Below the pieces are notes generated by a model, which searched no databases, was not told where the DNA came from, and saw nothing but the letters and a program-made list of their open reading frames with translations. The position numbers and the translations under genes are program-made. A stretch of 64,000 nucleotides of DNA from Planctomycetales bacterium. Lineage in GTDB: Bacteria; Planctomycetota; Planctomycetia; Pirellulales; Pirellulaceae. The stretch's first letter is position 1; each line of letters starts with the position of its first letter. This document shows positions 59,683 through 64,000 of this stretch, piece after piece. Location of the stretch: NCBI GenBank assembly GCA_020426625.1, contig JAGQPR010000001.1:18992-82991 (forward strand). The letters are read 5' to 3'.

Positions 59683-61983
59683 ATGTCTTTCAAAACGCTT
59701 GCTTTCTTCTGCTGCTTGGCACTGTGCGCTGGGTTCACGCTGGCCCAAGAGTCGAAGCAAAGTTCGGAAGGCTTGACCGGCACATGGTATTGTCAGTTCG
59801 AATCGCCCGTCGGATTGCAGACTTACCACTTTCACATAGCGATCGATGGCGCTGGCGATGCGACAGTGAATGCAGAAGTGAAGGCTCGCGACGAAGTACG
59901 GAAAGTTGAGTTCGTTGATGTGAAAGTTGGCGAAGATGCGATTTCTTTCGTAGAGGTTCGCCAGTTTGGCGAGCGAGAGTTTCGGATCGAATACAGCGGC
60001 AAACTCAATGGAAAGGAACTCGCGGTAACTCGGTCATTTGGAGAGCGAGGCGGACAGGACGCACTTGCAACCCGCGATCTTCCGCAGTCGCCTCCGCAAG
60101 AAAGCCTTCAGCCCGTGGTCGAAGTCAAAATCGATCGCATCATCAAAGATGCATTCAAAGATGCCTTCTTGATTGGTATGGCAGGAGACCTTCCGTCGCA
60201 CTACTCCGATGAAGAACTGAAGCTCGCTGCGGAACACTTTGCCGCAATCACTCCCGAAAATTGCATGAAGCCCGAACGCGTCCATCCGGCTGAGGATCGT
60301 TGGAATTTTGAGTCATCCGACGCTTTGGTGGAATGGGCCCAAATGCACAAGATGACGATTCACGGTCACACCCTGGTTTGGCATGCTCAGACACCGAATT
60401 GGTTTTTCGAAGGTGGTGACTCGGAGACGATCAAGCAACGTATGAAGCAACACATCGAAACTTTGGCGGGACGCTACAAAGGACAGTTGCAAAGTTGGGA
60501 TGTCGTCAATGAAGCAATAAGCGATGGTGGCAATGCTGAGACAGCGAAGACGGAGAATCTTCGCAACTCAAATTGGCTTCAAGCACTGGGACCAGAGTTT
60601 CTCACGTTGGCGTTCAAGTACGCTCGTGAAGCGGATCCCGATGCCGTGCTTTACTACAACGATTACAACATCGAATCGGGACCAAAGCATGCAAGTTCAA
60701 TGGTTCTACTGAAGCGACTTCTGGATGAGGGGGCTCCAATTGATGGGGTCGGTATCCAAGGCCACTGGCGCAGCGGGCGCGTTCCTTTCGACGATATCGA
60801 AAAGGCCATTGCGGACTATGCATCGCTGGGATTAAAAGTCAGCATTACCGAACTGGACGTTACTATTCGCGGTGAGTCCGGTGGTCAATTTGGCAGACGT
60901 CAGTCCCGTAGTAATACTCCCGCTTCACTCGATGACCTGAACGCGCAAGCCGAAGACTACGCCAAGCTGTTTTCCATTTTCAAAAAACACGAAGATGCGA
61001 TCGAACGTGTAACGTTTTGGGGGCTCAGCGATCGACGAACTTGGAGGTGGGGGCAACATCCGCTACTCTTCGACGCGAACAACAATCCCAAGCCGGCTTA
61101 CGCCAGCATCGTCGCGTTAACTAGAGGAGATGAAGCCGAAAGTGCTACCAATCAACCCAAGAAAGTCGAGATCGAAGATGGCGGGCAGGGTCCTTATTCC
61201 GCGATTGTCACTGAATCACCAACTCTTTCCGGCATGACGATCTATCGCCCGGAAGATCTCAACGCGTTTGGAACGGAACAAAGGCTCCCAGTGCTCTTAT
61301 GGGGAAATGGCGCGTGCGCGAACACAACTGAGGAACACAAGAACTTTCTCAACGAAATTGCGTCGCATGGATACATCGTTCTCGGCATTGGTCTACTCGA
61401 CCAGTTGCAGCAGCGAGATGAGTCCTCTCGTCAGCGGACGAATTCTTCTCAACTGATTGCTGCCTTGGACTGGATCATCGCGCAAGACGCAAACGACAAC
61501 AGTATCTACTTTGAGAAGATTGATACGACCAAAGTCGCTGCAATGGGCATGTCGTGTGGTGGATTACAAGCCATCGAGATTTCAGACGATCCGAGAATCA
61601 CCACGACGGTGGTTTGCAACAGTGGCGTTTTGCCTAGTCGTTCACCGATGGCCTCAATGCCAGACTTGACCAAGGATGACCTCAAGAAGTTTCACGGCCC
61701 TGTCTTGTACATCATGGGCGGCCCTTCTGACATCGCGTACAACAATGCGATGGACGATTTCTCGCGAGTCGATCATGTGCCCATCGTGATGGCAAATCTA
61801 GACGTCGGTCATGGAGGTACCTACCGTCGACCACACGGCGGCAAGTATTCTCCAGTAGCTCTTGCCTGGCTCGACTGGCAACTAAAAGGAAAGCAGGATG
61901 CTGCCAAAACGTTTCTTGGTGAGAACAGTCAACTTGCGAATGATTACGAGTGGAAGATTGAAACGAAAAACATTCACCAGTAA
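59683..61983 (+). CDS. GH10 endo-1,4-beta-xylanase with N-terminal unknown module and C-terminal alpha/beta-hydrolase domain
   Basis: 766 aa with a signal peptide. The GH10 motifs are 'ITPENCMKPERVHP', 'WDVVNEA', 'YNDYN', 'GIQGHW', 'ITELDVTI' and 'VTFWGLSD'. The C-terminal hydrolase has 'LPVLLWGNGAC', the nucleophile elbow 'GMSCGG' and 'LDVGHGG'. Confidence 0.88.
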   Translation: MSFKTLAFFCCLALCAGFTLAQESKQSSEGLTGTWYCQFESPVGLQTYHFHIAIDGAGDATVNAEVKARDEVRKVEFVDVKVGEDAISFVEVRQFGEREFRIEYSGKLNGKELAVTRSFGERGGQDALATRDLPQSPPQESLQPVVEVKIDRIIKDAFKDAFLIGMAGDLPSHYSDEELKLAAEHFAAITPENCMKPERVHPAEDRWNFESSDALVEWAQMHKMTIHGHTLVWHAQTPNWFFEGGDSETIKQRMKQHIETLAGRYKGQLQSWDVVNEAISDGGNAETAKTENLRNSNWLQALGPEFLTLAFKYAREADPDAVLYYNDYNIESGPKHASSMVLLKRLLDEGAPIDGVGIQGHWRSGRVPFDDIEKAIADYASLGLKVSITELDVTIRGESGGQFGRRQSRSNTPASLDDLNAQAEDYAKLFSIFKKHEDAIERVTFWGLSDRRTWRWGQHPLLFDANNNPKPAYASIVALTRGDEAESATNQPKKVEIEDGGQGPYSAIVTESPTLSGMTIYRPEDLNAFGTEQRLPVLLWGNGACANTTEEHKNFLNEIASHGYIVLGIGLLDQLQQRDESSRQRTNSSQLIAALDWIIAQDANDNSIYFEKIDTTKVAAMGMSCGGLQAIEISDDPRITTTVVCNSGVLPSRSPMASMPDLTKDDLKKFHGPVLYIMGGPSDIAYNNAMDDFSRVDHVPIVMANLDVGHGGTYRRPHGGKYSPVALAWLDWQLKGKQDAAKTFLGENSQLANDYEWKIETKNIHQ

Positions 61984-62043
61984 GCCCGTACGGTAAGACC
62001 AGAAACTATTGGGTCCAAGAAACTGTGTTGGACTGCTTCGATT

Positions 62044-64000
62044 GTGAGGATCCAAGTTTTGACCAATAAATGCCTTGCCGTGGTCTGCGTCTGCACCATG
62101 CTACTTTGCAGTCGCTGTGCATTTGCTCAGCAGTCCAAAGCAACGGACTTCGAGCGAGACGTTCTACCTCTGCTTGAGAACTACTGCATCGATTGCCACT
62201 CCACCGAAGAAGCTAGCGGCAATCTTCGTCTCGACAATGTCAGGCCAAATGAGACGACTGTTGATCCAGCGCAATGGCATCGAGTCCTCAAGAATCTTCG
62301 CGCCGGGATCATGCCGCCAATCGACTCTCCAAAACCAACACCCGACGAACTATCAAGTTTGGAGCAATGGATTAAGTCCGAAGCATTCAAGTCAAATGCT
62401 GACAATCCCAATCCAGGCCGCGTAACTCTGCGACGTTTGAATCGCGTCGAGTACAGGAATGCGATTCGCGATCTGCTGGGTTTCGACTTCGACGCCGAGC
62501 ATAAATTGCCTCCGGACGACGTAGGCTACGGGTTTGACAATATTGGAGATGTGCTTTCAATTTCTCCGATTCGTTTGGAGAAGTTTATTGAGGCAGCCAT
62601 TTCAATTGTCGAAGAAGGAACGCCCCAAGATACCTTGGAGATTCCATCGCAGGACTTTCTGCCTGAAGACTTTGTCGACGAGGACGGGCGAGACGCCGAC
62701 GCCATTTCTTTTTACCAATCACGTACTGTCAGGCGTGCGATCACTGTTCCAGGTGACGGTGAGTACCTGATCCACGTGTACGTCAAGGTGGATGGGGATC
62801 CGTTTCCCAAAGATCCGCAAGAGTGCCTGGTGCGCGGTACCGCTGACGGCAAGGAATTCTTTAAAGAGCAGTATCAATGGGCTGACAACAACTGGCTGGA
62901 GTATGACTGCTATGTGACGCTCACGAAGGGAGAGCATGACATTGCGTTTTCCACCGAACCCGTTCATTCTGAACTACAGCGACTGCGCAGCAAAATGGAC
63001 TTTCGCATGGTGAGTGTTCGGGTTGATGGTCCGCTCGATCGTCAACAATGGACTCATCCGCCTGGATACGAATTGATTTACAGTCGTGAAGTTCCTCCAA
63101 CGGACTACGCTGAACGCCGCAAGTACACATCGGAGGTGTTGCGACGTTTTGCGTCCAAGTCTTTTCGCCGGCCTGTTTCTGAAGGTACGTTAGCCAAACT
63201 TGTTGCCCTGGCAGAAGCGACATATTCGCTAGAAGGCAAGACATTCGAGCAAGGTATCGGGCAAGCGATTGTCGCCATTCTCTCTTCACCAAAGTTTCTC
63301 TTTCATTTCGAACAATCTGATGCAGCGAGCGATATTGCGGAAATAGACGAATATAGTTTGGCAGCTCGTTTGTCTTTTGCTCTCTGGCGTTCCATACCAG
63401 ATGACGAGCTTACGGAGCTAGCCAGCAGGGGCGAGTTGCGGTCCAACTTTGAAGCACAGGTAAAGCGGATGATCGCTGATCCGAAGTCAGGAGCATTTGT
63501 CGAGGGATTTTCCCATCAGTGGCTTCAGACGAATGCCATTGTCGACATCGCCATTAACTCAGAAGCCATTATGGAATTGGAGGCGACAGAATCGGAAGTC
63601 CAGCAACGGGATGGAAGTGCAATGGCGCGAGGCCGTGAATTTGGTGCCGGTCCAGGTGCACGCAGATTCGGATTTGGTTTCCGCCGAGGGCGTCCACCCT
63701 ACGATGGCAAGGCGCTAACGCCCGAAGTTCGACAAGCGATGAAACTGGAGGTAGAAGCCTACTTTGACTACATCATGCGCGAGGACCGTAGTGTTCTCGA
63801 GTTTCTTGATAGTGATTACGTATTTGCAAATGCTGACTTGTCAAAACTCTACCAACTACCCGACATCGAGGGTTCGGAGCTACGAAAGATTCAACTGCAG
63901 ACAAACAATCCGCGTGGCGGCGTACTCACGATGGGCAGTGTATTGACGGTTACTTCAAATCCAACTCGAACCTCGCCAGTTAAACGAGGACGTTGGGTAC
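62044..64000 (+). CDS. DUF1587/DUF1592/DUF1588 (PSD/PSCyt3) family protein with CxxCH motif, 3'-truncated by window end
   Basis: This frame-1 reading frame is open from the GTG at 62044 to the window end, so it is missing from the ORF track. It has the signal 'CLAVVCVCTMLLCSRCAFAQ', 'LPLLENYCIDCHS' and 'RRLNRVEYRNAIRDLLG' (DUF1587). It also has 'VLRRFASKSFRRPV' (DUF1592) and 'SNPTRTSPVKRGRW' (DUF1588). Confidence 0.82.
   Translation, partial: MRIQVLTNKCLAVVCVCTMLLCSRCAFAQQSKATDFERDVLPLLENYCIDCHSTEEASGNLRLDNVRPNETTVDPAQWHRVLKNLRAGIMPPIDSPKPTPDELSSLEQWIKSEAFKSNADNPNPGRVTLRRLNRVEYRNAIRDLLGFDFDAEHKLPPDDVGYGFDNIGDVLSISPIRLEKFIEAAISIVEEGTPQDTLEIPSQDFLPEDFVDEDGRDADAISFYQSRTVRRAITVPGDGEYLIHVYVKVDGDPFPKDPQECLVRGTADGKEFFKEQYQWADNNWLEYDCYVTLTKGEHDIAFSTEPVHSELQRLRSKMDFRMVSVRVDGPLDRQQWTHPPGYELIYSREVPPTDYAERRKYTSEVLRRFASKSFRRPVSEGTLAKLVALAEATYSLEGKTFEQGIGQAIVAILSSPKFLFHFEQSDAASDIAEIDEYSLAARLSFALWRSIPDDELTELASRGELRSNFEAQVKRMIADPKSGAFVEGFSHQWLQTNAIVDIAINSEAIMELEATESEVQQRDGSAMARGREFGAGPGARRFGFGFRRGRPPYDGKALTPEVRQAMKLEVEAYFDYIMREDRSVLEFLDSDYVFANADLSKLYQLPDIEGSELRKIQLQTNNPRGGVLTMGSVLTVTSNPTRTSPVKRGRWV

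Noticed and set aside
62075-62425. 116-aa TTG-initiated ORF from the track.
   Set aside because: It is out of frame with the much longer open frame from 62044, which carries clear DUF1587/1592/1588 and CxxCH motifs. The short ORF has no protein-like features.

Overview
This 64-kb chromosomal segment has the hallmarks of a Planctomycetota (Pirellulales-like) genome. These include a PSCyt1/DUF1549/DUF1553 + DUF1501 gene pair, a DUF1587/DUF1592/DUF1588 protein, Tat-signal oxidoreductases, multi-kb secreted multidomain ORFs, FlgM and an ECF sigma factor. I support 41 protein-coding genes; one is truncated by the window end and is absent from the ORF track. I recognised no rRNA, tRNA, CRISPR array, transposase or integrase. 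Layout: (1) 0.1-3 kb holds cysS-ruvC-ruvA. (2) 3.8-6.3 kb holds a lower-GC cassette of two small ORFans plus a Hanks-type kinase. (3) 6.3-15.2 kb is an all-minus-strand block: a sialate-O-acetylesterase/BNR fusion translationally coupled to PSCyt-DUF1549-DUF1553, a ~290-bp inverted-repeat-bounded element, DUF1501, and a thioredoxin-protease fusion. (4) 15-34 kb is mostly housekeeping: Uma2, M20 amidohydrolase, ECF sigma, DUF255 thioredoxin-fold protein, GNAT, RlmI, glnB-glnD, PduO adenosyltransferase, NUDIX, transglutaminase-like protein, Fur, FlgM and GT4. (5) 34.3-40.6 kb is one 2098-aa secreted protein of unknown function. (6) 41-45 kb holds an IMPase, lspA, a histone-H1-like/DksA fusion and thrC. 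(7) 46.3-62 kb is the most interesting part. It is a xylan-deconstruction locus with a XylR-type regulator, two GH10 xylanases fused to esterases and a triple-esterase protein. These are interleaved with a Tat-exported Gfo/Idh/MocA oxidoreductase and a 1535-aa ThuA/beta-propeller dehydrogenase/HEAT/cytochrome-c protein, and are followed by another PSCyt-family gene. All calls come from reading motifs in the supplied translations and the nucleotide sequence; no database search was possible.
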